The translations under genes and the position numbers were made by a program. The notes below the pieces were generated by a model. That model was not told the DNA's origin. It saw only the letters and a list, made by a program, of their open reading frames with translations, and did no database searches. From assembly GCA_951406725.2 (NCBI GenBank), contig OX597820.1, forward strand, positions 50,220,001-50,284,000: a stretch of 64,000 nucleotides of DNA. The letters are read 5' to 3'. This stretch comes from Octopus vulgaris (Eukaryota). How positions within the stretch are numbered: the first letter of the stretch is position 1; every line of letters starts with the position of its first letter. Positions 11,356 to 27,692 of this stretch are shown here, in pieces.

Positions 11356-12338
11356 TTTGTTTAAGTACGCTAATATTTTAAAATGAACTCTTAAAGGTAT
11401 ATTTCTGTCAGACATAAACCGTTGCCCGATCTAACAAGCCTAATAGAAACATGGGTGCTTTTAGTTGAATGCTATTTGCCGTAAACATTTGGTGCATCTC
11501 AACGGGTTACAGATAAATTTCTATCACCAAATTCAGTAGCTCTGAAAAACGTTGTTAGATACGTAAAACCCTAAACATTTCAACTGTCTAATCTTAAATA
11601 CCTTTTGAATCTTAGGAAAGCTAGTATTTCCATAATTCAGAATAATGCCGACTACGCGGGACAACGAATGTTATCGAAGGAACAAAATGCATTTCGTGTT
11701 TATTCATGAAATGGTATTTTCTAGAGGAACCACCTGCATGTTTAAATAGATTTAAGTTTTTGTCTTTTTACCTTTCGAGTTCAACGTTCACACACACCCA
11801 CAGACACGTACGCATGCGCACACACACGCACACACACATACACACACACGTACGCATGCGCGCACTCACACACACACACACACACACAGAAACATTACAT
11901 ACGTACACATATATACATATATCCATGTTGCATTCGTATAAGTGTGTATTTCTTCGCAATTTTGAAACCCATCAAAAAATAAAGCCTGGGCACTATGCTA
12001 TGTTATTCGCCGTCATTTAGATATTACAGAGCATAAATCTTGTGGTGCTACTCTATCTCCTGGTTACTGGCCTTCGACGGTGTAAAAGAAACGGAAAGTA
12101 TTGAAACCTCAAATAGATACAATACTTCGATTCGACAGAATCTAAATTATTTTCTACAGTGTAAAAGACAAGTGTCTCTCTATAGTAAAATAATCCTTTA
12201 TAATCATAAAACTAGCGCTGTCGCAGATCTTGTAATTACAACATACGTACACAGAAACTTCTTCTCTCTCTTTCTCATACACACACACACACTCACATAC
12301 ATATAGACACATATATACACATGTCTATCAACAAATTA

Positions 12339-12383
<45 letters not shown>

Positions 12384-13937
12384 CATATGCACACTCTCAC
12401 ACATGCAAATATATGAATAATATATGTATGTGAACGGGTTTCTCTTCCTGTGTGTGTGTGTGTGTGTGTTGATATTATACACGCAAATTTCTTCGTACAC
12501 AATTTTCTGTTAGCTGAAACTTAAAACTGTACCTGTTGAAATTATTGAGCAATGCTAGTTGCTATTGGAAATCAATAGTTAGAATACTGCATCAATAATT
12601 TTATAATGTATTCGGTTTTTTCTTTTTTTTTTTTTCAAAAAATATTTCTACACTTTCTTTTCACACGAAGAAGCAATGTTTAATAACATTTTACAACCAT
12701 ACTTGTCAGCATTGTATTCACACAAAGAATCTAGGTTACATTCTTCCGTTGCCGTTTCTCGCAAATTTATCAGCATATCTGCCAAATGTGATAGGGTATA
12801 ATAAGCCCATTGTTGAAAGGATGAAGAGTAAAATTATTGCTTCTGGTACGTGTGTTAATAGTACAATTGAACTGAGAAAATGATGGCGAAATTCAGGCTG
12901 GAATTTCCACTTTTATAGTAATTTTTCCCTATGAAATAAAGCATTTTAAATCAGGCGTGAAACCGTATGCAAGTCCTGTAAAATTTTTTGCCCTCGGCCA
13001 CAATGAAATACCTGCTACACCAACTGATATGCAAGTTCGTAACTTACTTACACCATCAATAGCCATACGTTTCATATATAGATAATAATGTAATTTCGAT
13101 CTTTATAGGACTATTTCCTATTTTACGTCCGTTTGTATGCTATAACAACATAATTGATTATATATAATTTATGAGCAGAATCTTTATTATGTTTCTCTCT
13201 AACGAAGGGTTTAATATATCGAATGTTTTGCTCACACATATTATACTATATATTATACTACCGATGGTATATTAACAACAGCAGTACCCCAAACAACAAT
13301 ATCAGGAAAACAGGGACAATATCAACACTATGAATTGCAAAAAAACGATCATAGTGATAATAAAACTAATGATATTAACTTAAGTATGTGATCCAAGTAT
13401 GTATTTCCTTTAGAAATACAAGTTTAACACAAACACCTACGCACACACACGCGCGTACAAATACACACAGTCGTGCGCGCGCAACACACACACACACACA
13501 AATGCAAGCATACAGACACAAGCACAGAAATAGGCACCTCTTTAATTTATTTTATAGGCCACAAGAGCCAAAAACGTTGAAGTACAAAATACGTCGCTAT
13601 ATTGGTGTCATCAATCGAACCACTTACGGATGTGCCCAACGTAACGAAAACTTTTAGTACTCGCATGTTATGTGTCTGTGCTTGGTGATATAGCGCTTCA
13701 TGGCGAGCAGATCAAATCATGCAAAAGACGAATCTGTTTGTCAGCCGAGTCTTTCACAAGAGTCATATCACTATTTATTTTCCTTGGACAGAAACATGTT
13801 TAGTGTTTCTCATTAATTTCTCCAAGTACTATTTCAGGAGACAAGAGAAGGTACAGGTGGAGGTACTGTATTCTAGTGAATTTGAGGAACAGTGAATGTT
13901 ACTAGCTAGACGGGCGTGGTTAAGTAAATGGTATTCT

Positions 13938-14162
13938 GCGAGCTGGCAGAAACGTTAGCACGCCGGGCGAAATGCTTAGCGGTATTTCGTCTGCGTTACG
14001 TTGTGAGTTCAAATTCCATCGAGGTCGACTTTGCCTTTCATCCTTTCGGGGTCGATAAATTAAGTACCAGTTACGGACTGGGGTCGATGTAATCGACTTA
14101 ATACCTATGTCTGTCCTTGTTTGTCCCTTCTATGTTTAGCCCCTTGTGGGCAATAAAGAAAT
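13938..14162 (+). mobile_element. Meta-domain SINE, near full length
   Basis: Same head, Meta domain (GGTCGACTTTGCCTTTCATCCTTTCGGGGTCGATAAATTAAGTACCAG) and tail as 50223-50448. Confidence 0.9.
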
Positions 14163-14473
14163 GGGTATTAACTATGAAGCCTTAAATAAGAAATAGAAGA
14201 CAGTATTCATCTTTCAGCGTCAGGGTAATGGGAGGTGGAGGGTAACGGGTGCCTTGAATTAGCTTATGCAGCTGCTCTCGCATTTTGTGGGACAGTTAAA
14301 TAAGTGCCAGTTGAGCACTGGAGTAGACGTGATTGATTTATTCCCTCATCCTATACTGCTGGCCTTGAGCCAAAATTTTTAAATCCTCCTTCTCTTCCTC
14401 CTCCTCGTCCTCTTCGTCGTCATCGTCCTCCTCCTCCTCATCATCATCATGATTATTACCATTATTATAAGAA

Positions 14474-14735
14474 GACGGCGTACTGGCAGAATCGTGAGCA
14501 CACTGGAAGAAATATTTAGCAGTATTTCGCCCGTCGCTTCATTTTGAGTTCAAATTCTGCTGAGGTCCACTTTGTCTTTCATCGTTTTGGGGGTCGATAA
14601 TGTAAGTACAAGTGAAACATTGGGTCGATGTAACCGATTAGTCCTCAGCACCAAAATTTCTGGGCTTGTGCTTCCAGTAGAAATGATTATTATGATTACT
14701 GAAGGCGGCGAGCTAGCAGAATCGTTAGCACGCCG
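14474..14735 (+). mobile_element. Meta-domain SINE variant followed by a second SINE head fragment
   Basis: GGCGTACTGGCAGAATCG...GTTCAAATTC...CTTTCATCGTTTTGGGGGTCGATAA. A second head GGCGGCGAGCTAGCAGAATCGTTAGCACGCCG starts at 14704. Confidence 0.75.
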
Positions 14736-15220
14736 GACTACACGTCTGATAAGGGTACACCAAACACATGCATCATAACCACATGTGCACGACATGGTGA
14801 TCTCATATCAAGATAAACAGTGTATGAACTTGCAGGTAGGGCCCAGTTAGAAATTTCTTCAGATCAAATAGCCCATCCCGCTCAAAAAGTCCCTGAATAA
14901 GGGTTGCTTAAGGATGATGAACAAAACACCCATGTTGACAAAGGTGAGTTATCCAAATTATCCAAAGAACTCCCCTCAACACATGGCTATGATGCTCCCC
15001 CACTACTTCTGCTCGTGATCAGAGATGCACATATCGTCAGCCACGAACGGACATTCTCAACTGTTGAAGGTCAAACAACTGACAAGCAAATCTGTGGTAT
15101 TGAGCAGAATGTTTGCTGTAGCCTATCTTCTATATCAAGACAAAACTATGTACATGATAATACTTCCAATCTGTTAGGATCAGAAGCCACGAGAGCCACT
15201 GCCTGGTACTGTATCAGGGC
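14736..15220. repeat. About 550-bp non-coding interspersed repeat next to (ATT)n, copy 1 (left-truncated)
   Basis: Colinear and highly similar to 16863-17346. It ends GTACTGTATCAGGGCA followed by (ATT)n. Confidence 0.85.
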
Positions 15221-15242
15221 AATTATTATTACTATTATTGTT

Positions 15243-15275
<33 letters not shown>

Positions 15276-15339
15276 ATTATTATTATTATTATTATTTTTA
15301 TTTTTATTTTTAATTTTATTATTATTATTATTATCATTA

Positions 15340-16615
15340 TATGACTCTTCGATATTTGGTAGATTCAAGCAAATTTTTACTGCATCATTTGCTACACCTC
15401 CGTGTAGCTGGGTTGTGTGTAGCATTGTTGGTGTGTGTTTTTTTATTGCTGTTGGGAGTGTAAGAACTCTTCCAGGTACTGCATTGTGTTAGATATTTTT
15501 TCCCTTGAGCTGCTGTCTTTTGTTGTGTTACTGCTTGTATTGTGTACTGAGTGGGTAATGGTTTGGTGTTCTGACATCCCTTTCTTATCACACCTAAGGC
15601 ACCCAAAATAACAGGAACAGTTCTCGCTTTAACATGCCACTAATTTTGTATTTCGATTTCCAGGTCCTCATATGTACTTAATTTCTCAAATGCCTTTACA
15701 GATATAATTTTATCAGTGAGAACACCTACATCTATTAGTGTAGAAGTATTTTCTTCCCTGTCTTGAATGACTGTCTTGTTGCATTAGGCTAGATTTTTAT
15801 GTCGGTGTTGACTGGAAAATCCCAGACCATAATGACATTTTCACCTTCAACAACTGGCTCAGGATGATATTCGTATCTGTAAGCAGGAATGTTGATTTTG
15901 AAGAGTTTACATATTTACCAATGTAAATACTGTCCTACCCTATCGTGGCGATCTTTGAGAAGGTCTATTGCTTCGTGAAATGTATCCCAGAATCCGCGTT
16001 TAGGGTCACAACCGTTTTGAAGAATTTTAGCCTGTTAGATTTTGGTAAGCAGCTAATATGAAACGTTCAGTCTCTGCTTTCGGTCCTGAACTTCTCAGAC
16101 ACTGATGGCTTCGAAGTATATACTGCCCACGCAGAAGATTCTGTCTTCACCGTTATCCAGTTTGTTTCTTCCCGTTCTTTTTGAAGAGTGTTTGATCAGT
16201 TTTGCATGTTTGGTGGCAATGGTTCTTCATCCGTTTGGTGGCAGTGGTTCTTAGTTCTTCATTTAATTCAGTGTCAATACCGAGGTCCCTTGCGAATTTG
16301 AAAGCTTCCTTGACAATAGAATGTGACCTTTTGCTGATTTCGTGTTTGCATACAAGTCGCCGCATCCACTCCTCTGTACTAGATAGATACTTATTCATTG
16401 CTATTGTGGAGGTTTTACAGCAGAGGTTTACCTACACAATTCCTCTTCTCCCATTACTTCTAAGTAGGTACAAGCGATGAACGTCTGCTTTTGGGTAGTG
16501 CATGTTCTCAGATGTTAGTAATTTTCTTGCCTCCCTGTCCAGGTGTTGGAGCTATGTAAGATTCAAGTGAATGATGTTAAAACTATATTGAACCACCGGA
16601 AGTTCCAGAGGGTTA
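15340..16615 (-). mobile_element. R4/Dong-clade non-LTR retrotransposon, 3' fragment (pseudogene)
   Basis: Minus-strand remnants YPKADVHRLYLLRSNGRRG, RHDRVGQYLHW, WDFPVNTD, EKLSTYEDLEIEI and VPVILGALGVI (RT thumb plus restriction-like endonuclease). Both ends lie in (TAA)n/(TAG)n. Confidence 0.85.
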
Positions 16616-16636
16616 ATGGCTTCGATGCTGCTGCTG

Positions 16637-16787
<151 letters not shown>

Positions 16788-16792
16788 CATTA

Positions 16793-17346
16793 AGTGAGAG
16801 AGCAGTGCATGCCATCAAAGTGACACTGGGGTAAACTATACGAAGCCCAGTATACCCATCATGACTACCCGTCTGATAAGTGTACACTAGGCACATGCAT
16901 CACAACCATATGTGCGTGACATGGTGATCTCATATCAAGATAAACAGCGCATGACCTTGCAGGTGGGGCCCAGTTAGAATTTTCTTCTGGTCAAGTAGCC
17001 CATCCCGCTCAAACGGTCCCTGAATAAAGATTGTTTAAGGATGTTGAATGAACCACCCATGTCTCCAAAGGTGAATTATCCAAACTTCCAAGAATCCCTC
17101 TCAACACATGGCTATGATGCTCTGCTACTACTTCTGCTCGTGGTCAGAGATGCACATATCGTTAGCCACTAAGGGACATGCTCAACTGATTAAGGTCAAA
17201 CAACTAACAAGCAAATCTGTGGTATTGAGCAGAATCTTTGCTGTAGCCCATCTTTTATACCAAGACAAAACTATGTACATGATAACACTTCCAATCAGTT
17301 GAGATCAGAAGCCACGAGAACCACTGCCTGGTACTGTATCAGGGCA
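16793..17346. repeat. About 550-bp non-coding interspersed repeat inserted in (ATT)n, copy 2 (apparently complete)
   Basis: (ATT)n lies directly on both sides and the sequence matches 14736-15220. Confidence 0.85.
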
Positions 17347-17501
17347 TTTATTATTATGATTCTTCTTCTTCTTCTTCTTCTTCTTCTTCTTCTTCTTCTT
17401 CTTCTTCTTCTTCTTCTTCTTCTTCTTCTTCTTCTTCTTCTTCTTCTTCTTCTTCTTCTTCTTCTTCTTCTTCTTCTTCTTCTTCTTCTTCTTCTTCTTC
17501 T

Positions 17502-17548
<47 letters not shown>

Positions 17549-17605
17549 TTCTTTTTCTTCTTCTTCTTCTTTTTCTTCTTCTTCTTCTTCTTCTTCTTCT
17601 TCTTC

Positions 17606-17663
<58 letters not shown>

Positions 17664-17985
17664 GTTATTATTATTATTATTATTATTATTGCGGTTGTTG
17701 TTGCTCTTGTTGTTACTGGTGTTATACTTATTTATCAACTTATCTTTACCTAGCGATAATTCTTTGGTGCTTTCCTAGTTATTTCGCTTATGTAATGTCA
17801 CCAACTCGGTAGGTCCTTGTGGGCAATAAAGTATATTCTAATTATTATTCCTATTAATATATTTCTTCTTCTTCTTCTTCTTCTTCTTCTTCTTCTTCTT
17901 CTTCTTCTTCTTCTTCTTCTTCTTCTTCTTCTTCTTCTTCTTCTTCTTCTTCTTCTTCTTCTTCTTCTTCTTCTTCTCCTTTCTT

Positions 17986-18047
<62 letters not shown>
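17347..18047. repeat. Compound (CTT)n/(ATT)n microsatellite arrays
   Basis: Long pure CTT runs at 17360-17606 and 17865-18013, each followed by ATT runs. Confidence 0.95.
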
Positions 18048-18290
18048 GTCTTATTTTTATTGTGTGTTTTCAATATTCAGCAGAGCGCAGTTCTTTTGTG
18101 CCTAGAGTGACTTTCGCGTGATATTTCGTTTTATGTTTTCCATTGTATTGAAAATATGCTTCGTAACATGTGTGCAGTGCCTCTTGGTAATATTTTGTGT
18201 ATGTCGTTTATGGCCTGTAGATTTGGTTATATATTTGTCTGCATCTTTTAAAATAATTCCTAATGAATCTATTCTTAAAATAGTTGCTGA
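18048..18290 (-). mobile_element. R4/Dong 3'-terminal fragment
   Basis: Remnants LGIILKDADKYITK and RGTAHMLRSIFSI. The 3'UTR resembles 44278-44400 and is flanked by (ATT)n. Confidence 0.65.
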
Positions 18291-18313
18291 AAAATGTTAC
18301 CTCATGGCACTTA

Positions 18314-18368
<55 letters not shown>

Positions 18369-18376
18369 CATCATCA

Positions 18377-18455
<79 letters not shown>

Positions 18456-19252
18456 AGTAAGTTACTGACCTCCTCAGACGTGTTTCCAAATAGCTCTTCG
18501 ACGCTCTGAGTTCTAATATGTTTAAATCATATGAAATATTTTGTTTTGAATGCATATTCTGAAACGGAGTTAAACCACAACTGTATATCTTTTTATTGTT
18601 TTTCTTTTATTTACCATTTTGTATACATATATATGAAACATGGTGACACGTCACGCCCACCAAATGAAAAATCATGAAGGTAAAAGTGTTTTCATAGAGT
18701 TTAACCCTCACCACATACACCCATTCATACACACACATACACTCGCACACATACATACACATATACAAAGAAAAAGAGGATATCTATGGACAACTGCTTC
18801 AAAACTTCTCTCATCAATATAATATTTCCATTTTTTAAATACAATTTGGAAGTGCTATAGCCGAATATGCACACAACCAAGCGTCATCATGTAACAGATA
18901 TCCAGCCAACACTTCCAAACTTTACAGAGCCGAATGTGAATACACTATTCAAACTCTATACCCACATGTATGCTACGTGCAATACCGCAGAAAACTGCAT
19001 TATTCTATCATGCAGTAAATTATAATTTTAAATTAATAATAGAAGGGTAAATTTTATTAATTAAATTAATTAATTAATCAATTAATTAACAATTTCTCCA
19101 AGTAGATAGGTACGTTAAAATAACCTTTATAGGGAAAATTATCCACATAATTATAATTAGGGTTCAGCTAACTGTTTCACCACATACTGAAATTAGAAAA
19201 AGGAGTTAAAAATTCCCTTCCTGCTACTATAAGAATTTCCATGACGGTATTC

Positions 19253-19585
19253 TTATGATCTGGCGCTTCTCATGGGCGATGTGTGGTACAACCTCATCTG
19301 TTTAATGTGTACTACCAGAGTATCACATACAGTGCTGGAGTGCGACAAGAGTACAATGGGCGTGAAGTCTTCTCGGATGTAAATTGCCACTCCTCCATGA
19401 GACCTTTCTCGTATATCGGTCCGTAGCACGACATACCCTGGTATGTGTACCTCGGCGTCCGTTACATCGACATGTAGGTGTGTTTCTGTTAGTGACACGC
19501 ATATTGCTTCATTGCATACCAAAAGGTCTCTTAGAAATTGCTTTTTACGTTGGTGGAGTGTTATAAGGTCCCTAAGTTTTTGTTT
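19253..19585 (-). mobile_element. LINE ORF2 N-terminal AP-endonuclease fragment (CR1 group)
   Basis: VSLTETHL...AEVHIPGYVVLRTDIRERSHGGVAIYIRED. Confidence 0.85.
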
Positions 19586-19666
19586 ATTATCACCCACAGC
19601 AATACGATGTAATACTTGTGTATACATTCATCCGTTCGCACACACACATATACATACAAATACACA

Positions 19667-19717
<51 letters not shown>

Positions 19718-19719
<2 letters not shown>

Positions 19720-20106
19720 TTAAATCCTTAAATCCTTAAAAATGTTTTACCCCGAAGGCCGCGGCCATGCTGGGGCACCACCGCTGAATGAGCTACACTA
19801 GTTTGTGAATCCACCTCTGATACGTGGCACTTGATCAACAAGGGAGTTCGATGCTGCTGCCCGCATCCGTGTCTCCTGTCGTGAGGTAGGTTCATCTGGG
19901 ACTCCCAACAAGAAGAGATCCAGTTTAGTTTTGAAGAAACCCACATCCACACCATGTAAGTCTCTCAGGCATTTAGGGAGGATGTTAAAGAGCTGTGGTC
20001 CTCTGAAACCCAAGCTGTTGCAGTATCTGGACCTGTATTTTGATGGTGATGTTGGAATCCTTGGCACCACGCAGCGGCGCCCCGTTCTGCGGTTGGAGTA
20101 ACTTTG
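19718..20106 (-). mobile_element. CR1-group LINE 3' end
   Basis: GRRCVVPRI...YCNSLGFRGPQLFNILPKCLRDL...FKTKLDLFLLGVPDEP...SNSLVDQ. The 3'UTR GGTGCCCCAGCATGGCCGCGG and a (TTTAAGGA)n tail follow; (TA)n lies on both sides. Confidence 0.85.
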
Positions 20107-20136
20107 AATATATATATTCATATATATATCATATAT

Positions 20137-20208
<72 letters not shown>

Positions 20209-20233
20209 TGCATGTATGCATATAAAATAGTAA

Positions 20234-20270
<37 letters not shown>

Positions 20271-20385
20271 TTTGTACATCTATCTGTCAGTCCATCTATC
20301 TGTCAATCCATCTATCTATTTATCTTCTACCTGTTTGTCAGTCTGTCTATCTATCTAATAATCTCACAATCCATGCACACAACCA

Positions 20386-20418
<33 letters not shown>

Positions 20419-21057
20419 GCACTAAGACACACTGACGCAGCCACACAAATGAATTATTATCATAAAACACTATTTTATAATGTACATACAAAATGACATC
20501 TGTATATACACAATATATACACACAAAATAGTGTTTATATATTGTGTCTACAGAATATATACAAAAATAGTGATTCTGCAATACAGCATTGTAATATATC
20601 TATATGGATTAACATTTTTACGGTTAGTATACCGTATAAATTAAGGTAACTCTATCTTCTAGCTGGTGCAGACATTTAGTTGGAGTCGGTATATTAGAAA
20701 ACTATTTAACTAGCTTCAGTTTCCCGGTGGGTAAATAAATGAGTTTAACAATAACCAGAGATTAGAAAGTTTAAAATAATATCAGATTGCCAGACAAAAC
20801 CTCTTCAGCGTAAGATTTATTTATTTTAACACGCACACACACACTATATTATAGCACACATATGTACACGCTTTCTATGAATATTTATATAAGTCACTGC
20901 GAGTATATATATATATATATATATATTCACACCTAGTTATAGCAAATAATCTCTATGTAACAGTCTATCCAGGTAACTGTTTGTATGGGTATCTATCTAT
21001 CTGTCTATCTATCTATTTATCTATCTACACATATATATATTTAAACATCCATACATT

Positions 21058-21092
<35 letters not shown>

Positions 21093-21106
21093 GTATATAT
21101 ATACAA

Positions 21107-21137
<31 letters not shown>

Positions 21138-21140
21138 CAA

Positions 21141-21222
<82 letters not shown>

Positions 21223-21440
21223 ATATACATATATATTTGTAGGTGTATATATATATAATTAAAGATGAGTGTTTTAAAGTCATGAAAATGAAGAAAAAAT
21301 TAGGGAATAAATGTAGATCTATTTAAAATTTCGAAATGTTGACCAAAGTCTATGCGCGTACATAAACAACATACAGTAATAAGCATATAAGCATGCATGC
21401 ATACGTCTACACATACATGCACACATCACATCTGTCTTTG

Positions 21441-22466
<1,026 letters not shown>

Positions 22467-22739
22467 TATATTTCTATCTGTTTATCTTTCTGTCTGTCTG
22501 TATGTCTCTCTACCTGTCTATCTATATAACTGTCTATCAACCTATCTATCTATCTATACCTCTATCTGTATCCATCCATCTATCCATCGATCGATCGAAC
22601 CATCCATCCAACCATACATGCATACATGCATACATACATACATACATACATACATACATACATACATACATACATACATACATACATACATTATTATGGC
22701 TGTCCATACATACATACATACATTATTATGGCTTAACTG

Positions 22740-23080
22740 TTACTGGTGCTGTGATCGAATGTGACTTTTTAGCCCAGCTAAAGATCTACAATGTCTTGTA
22801 CAGAATTGGCAAGTAAAAACCTTTACCGGTAATAGCCGGCTGTAGTTGTAACTGGGCTTCACGTACCTTTGCATGTCGTTTAAGTCCTCCTACCGAATTA
22901 CACTCTTCCACATGCCCGACAGATATGATTAGTATGGTGGGTTACACCACCACCATTGGCCAGGTTGTCACTCATCTGTCTCGCTTTATGACTACGAAGA
23001 TGGAGTGGTCATCTGGTCAGGATGAAGGATTCAAGGATGCCAAAACAACTCTTTTATGGAGAGTTAGCTAAAGGAGAACG
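22740..23080. mobile_element. RTE-clade LINE 3' fragment with internal inversion
   Basis: Plus strand 22995-23080 reads RWSGHLVRMKDSRMPKQLFYGELAKGER. Minus strand 22990-22740 encodes two frameshifted C2H2-like fingers (HICRACGRV..SVGGLKRH; FTCQFCTRHCRSLAGLKSHIRSQH). Confidence 0.75.
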
Positions 23081-23868
23081 ACATACATATATATATATAT
23101 ATATATACATACATACATACATACAAACAAACAAATACGTGAGTGTATTACTATATATCGAACATGTTATCCACCTTGTGCAAATGCAAAACACAAGACA
23201 TATATGCATCCTGGTGCATAGAGTCAACTAGTGTGCATATGAACAGACGCCTTCGTACGACAATGTATATATTTCTTATAAAGAGGTAGATGTAGAGAGT
23301 TGTTTAGTGAGGGATATGCCCAGACTAATAGCATATACCTGTGGAAGAGGATTTTATAAACAGGGTTAATATCGAAAATATATATTAATGCATCGGGATC
23401 CGTGTACATATATAAATAAATTCACTTCCACATTTATAATTACGGGAGCAAGTTAAATAAGGGTGCGTGTGTAGCATTCAAAAGAACTTAGATTGTTTTT
23501 AATTTGTCTATATTCTAGGTGTTAAAGAAAAACGTTTTTTTTTTTTTGGAGGGCGAAGGAAACCGAATTTAAATCTGTATTGAAGACCTTCGCTCTCTCA
23601 AATAACCTGAAAGCATTGGATTATGACGTGTCTTTGAGTTTTACGTTCAACACAGAGTTAGCGTGTCTAGTGTCAGATTATATGTTTATATTTCGAAATG
23701 TGTGTATATGATGGGTAAGACAAAGTTTAATAAAATGAGGTCTCTTGTGTATCTGTCCCAAGAGTGATGAATAACATTATCAGAGAAAACACCCAACACT
23801 GGCCAAAATAATTTTAAGACCGATGATGACAGTTCAATGCCCAGTCTGGGTATCAAACTGTATATATA

Positions 23869-24838
<970 letters not shown>

Positions 24839-24841
24839 ATT

Positions 24842-24908
<67 letters not shown>

Positions 24909-25203
24909 TTTGATACCCAGCCTGGGCATTGCGTTGTGTTTTTCATTTCATGTTGCTCTGCGATCATTTCGACATCTGTCATATGGCTCCCGTTGCACCT
25001 GTACAGGTAATTCCGATCTGATGGAGGAATGAGCTTGTGTCTACACAAACATTTCATCACTGTAAACAAATCATCTGTGTGGATATTCGGTAAGAAACTG
25101 TTAAACCCTCATACGTAGTCTAACGACGAGAGTCATCATCATATATGTGTGTGCGTGAGTGTGTATGTGTGTGTCTGTGTGTGTGTGTTGTGTGTGTGTG
25201 TGA

Positions 25204-25249
<46 letters not shown>

Positions 25250-25809
25250 TACATAGGAGTATTAGCTTATGAATGTATGTACGCACGAATAAAATTGAAA
25301 GTATGGAAGGCTTCGAAGACACAAATATTTGTAAATGTGATTGTGGGTGACATAAATAGAACACAATGTAAACATTCAGACGATATATGTTGGCCTTTAT
25401 ATAATGAGTCCACTGTTTCTTTGTAGCTGACATCTCAATACGCTTGTAGTGTATGTGGAAATAATTGATTATTCATAATTTAACTCTTTATCGCAAATTA
25501 GTTAATCATTTCCCCGTCTCATAAACACCAGCTCACAATTTTTTTTAACATGTCTAAACTTATAAGTTCATCGAAGTGTGCAACAATGGTATTCTAAAAA
25601 ATTTACTCACTAATTTTGTCAAAGGAATCATCTATAATATATCCCTGTATGCAAAAATTTATAAACTCTTATTTTGTTATGGATCTTTTCTAAAATTTTT
25701 ATCATGAATTTCTGTTTTGTTTCTAAATTAATATGCACTCGTCTACGTAATAATAATTTCCACCCAGATATTTTCAGTATCACACGAACTTTAGCAATCG
25801 ATATAGGTA

Positions 25810-26070
25810 ACAAAAATAAATGCACCCTTTTTAAAGCCTAGCCAGGCTCATGGGTCCGGTTTTCCGGTTTCTATGGCGTATGTGTTCCCCAGCTGAATGG
25901 TACGCCAGTCCATCGCAGTGTTACTCATTTTTGCCAGCTGAGTGGACTGGAGCAACGTGAAATGAAGTGTTTTGCTCAAGAACACAACGCGTCGCCCGGT
26001 CCAAGAATCGAAATCACAATCTTGCGATCATGATGCTGACACCCTAACCACTAAGCCTCGCGCTTCCACT
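25810..26070 (-). mobile_element. tRNA/CORE-like SINE, full length with 13-bp TSD
   Basis: Head GTGGAAGCGCGAGGCTTAGTGGTTAGGG...GATTTCGATTC and TTGCTCCAGTCCACTCAGCTGG. TSD ATCGATATAGGTA at 25797-25809 and 26071-26083. Confidence 0.9.
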
Positions 26071-27170
26071 ATCGATATAGGTACAGAACAAAGTTTTTCC
26101 TTAGATGACTGCTTGCGGATATAGAGGGGAGAATCTCAGCATAGGGATTAAATCAGATTAACTTTGGATAAATATATTTCCACTTTAAGTAACAATATTG
26201 AGTTCTTTCTTGTGATTAATAGCATTTCCCAGCAGCGTTATATGACCAGCCCAGTGCACACAAGCACACATATGAACGGAAAAAAGACGACTTGTAAGTG
26301 AGTGTGTTTCTTAAGAGAAAGGGTCGCCTTATGAATCACCAATATAATGTTTCCACTAAATGGGGTGACATATGAATTGGTGCGTATGAAACGGTTTCTT
26401 ATTAATGTCACATTCGTATTGGAGTTGTTATTGATTGATTGACTGCTATCGGCTTCTTCATCCATCGTCAATGTTGAAAGCATTAGGTAGGAATTCGATC
26501 GCGTGTTAACCGTTCAGGCGATTCTTCGACTTAATTAGATAACCACGTTTCTTTGGTCCGAAACATTGCACTGCTTCTTTTTCATCTCACTGCGAACAAC
26601 CATGACAGAATGAGAAATACATGATTGAAAAGTATGTGTGTGTATATACATACACATGCTCACAAACGCTCGCGCATGCACGCATACACACAAATACCCA
26701 CACGCATACGCACACACGTATCGAGTTACGTTAGTAGATGTATTTATTGAAAGAAGACTACAGATAGAGAGGAAAATGAGTAATGTTTCTAATTGAGGTA
26801 TAAGTTTGAGAAGAGTCGGTTAGTGGATACCACCAAACCTAGCTCTTCAGTGGTACTTTATTTTATCGACCTCGAAAGGAGGAAGCTCTACTTTAAACAC
26901 GGCGAAATTTAGACATAGAAAATAAAAAGCTGCAAGAAATATCGCATAACATTTCCCCATGTTGAAGCTATTTAGCCAGGGCACCGCATGAAAGTAAATA
27001 AATAACATGGATACATATGGTGAACATGCAGACGTAGTTACGCACATATATTATTACATATCCAGGGAAGTATGACTAATATCAGATTGGTATGTATGAT
27101 ACGAGACTAGTAATAGGATATATCATAAGTTACGTGAGTTATGAATGTGGTTAAAACATTTTGTGTACCA

Positions 27171-27224
<54 letters not shown>

Positions 27225-27362
27225 GCCAGGTTCTCTCTCTATCAATCTATGAACCCATCCATCCATCCATTCATCAATCCATCCATTTATTCATGAATCC
27301 ATGCATCCAACCATCTCTTTTCTTTCACTTTCAGCATACATACAAATGTATCTACATATACA

Positions 27363-27416
<54 letters not shown>

Positions 27417-27603
27417 ATCCAAACATGAAAACACAAACAGAAAACACAACAATATATATATATATGCATATGCATATATATATGCACGTGTGTGTATATA
27501 TATGTATGTGTATATATATATGTGTATCTATATGTATGTATGTATGTAATATATATGCACGTGTGTGTATATATATGTATGTGTATATATATGTATGTGT
27601 ATC

Positions 27604-27635
<32 letters not shown>

Positions 27636-27643
27636 TGTATATA

Positions 27644-27692
<49 letters not shown>

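Noticed and set aside
17270-17346. Possible HDV-like ribozyme or tRNA head at the end of the 550-bp element
   Set aside because: I could not build the P1/P2 pairing by eye, and there is an A-box-like stretch but no B box.
20708-20812. Minus-strand CTGAAGA...GAAACTGAAGCTA hammerhead-like spacing
   Set aside because: Stem I does not pair and stem II is out of register; at best heavily decayed.
26040-26070. tRNA-like sequences at SINE heads (also 2500-2564, 24110-24174 and 34930-34992)
   Set aside because: They lack complete cloverleaves and continue into SINE bodies, so they are not tRNA genes.
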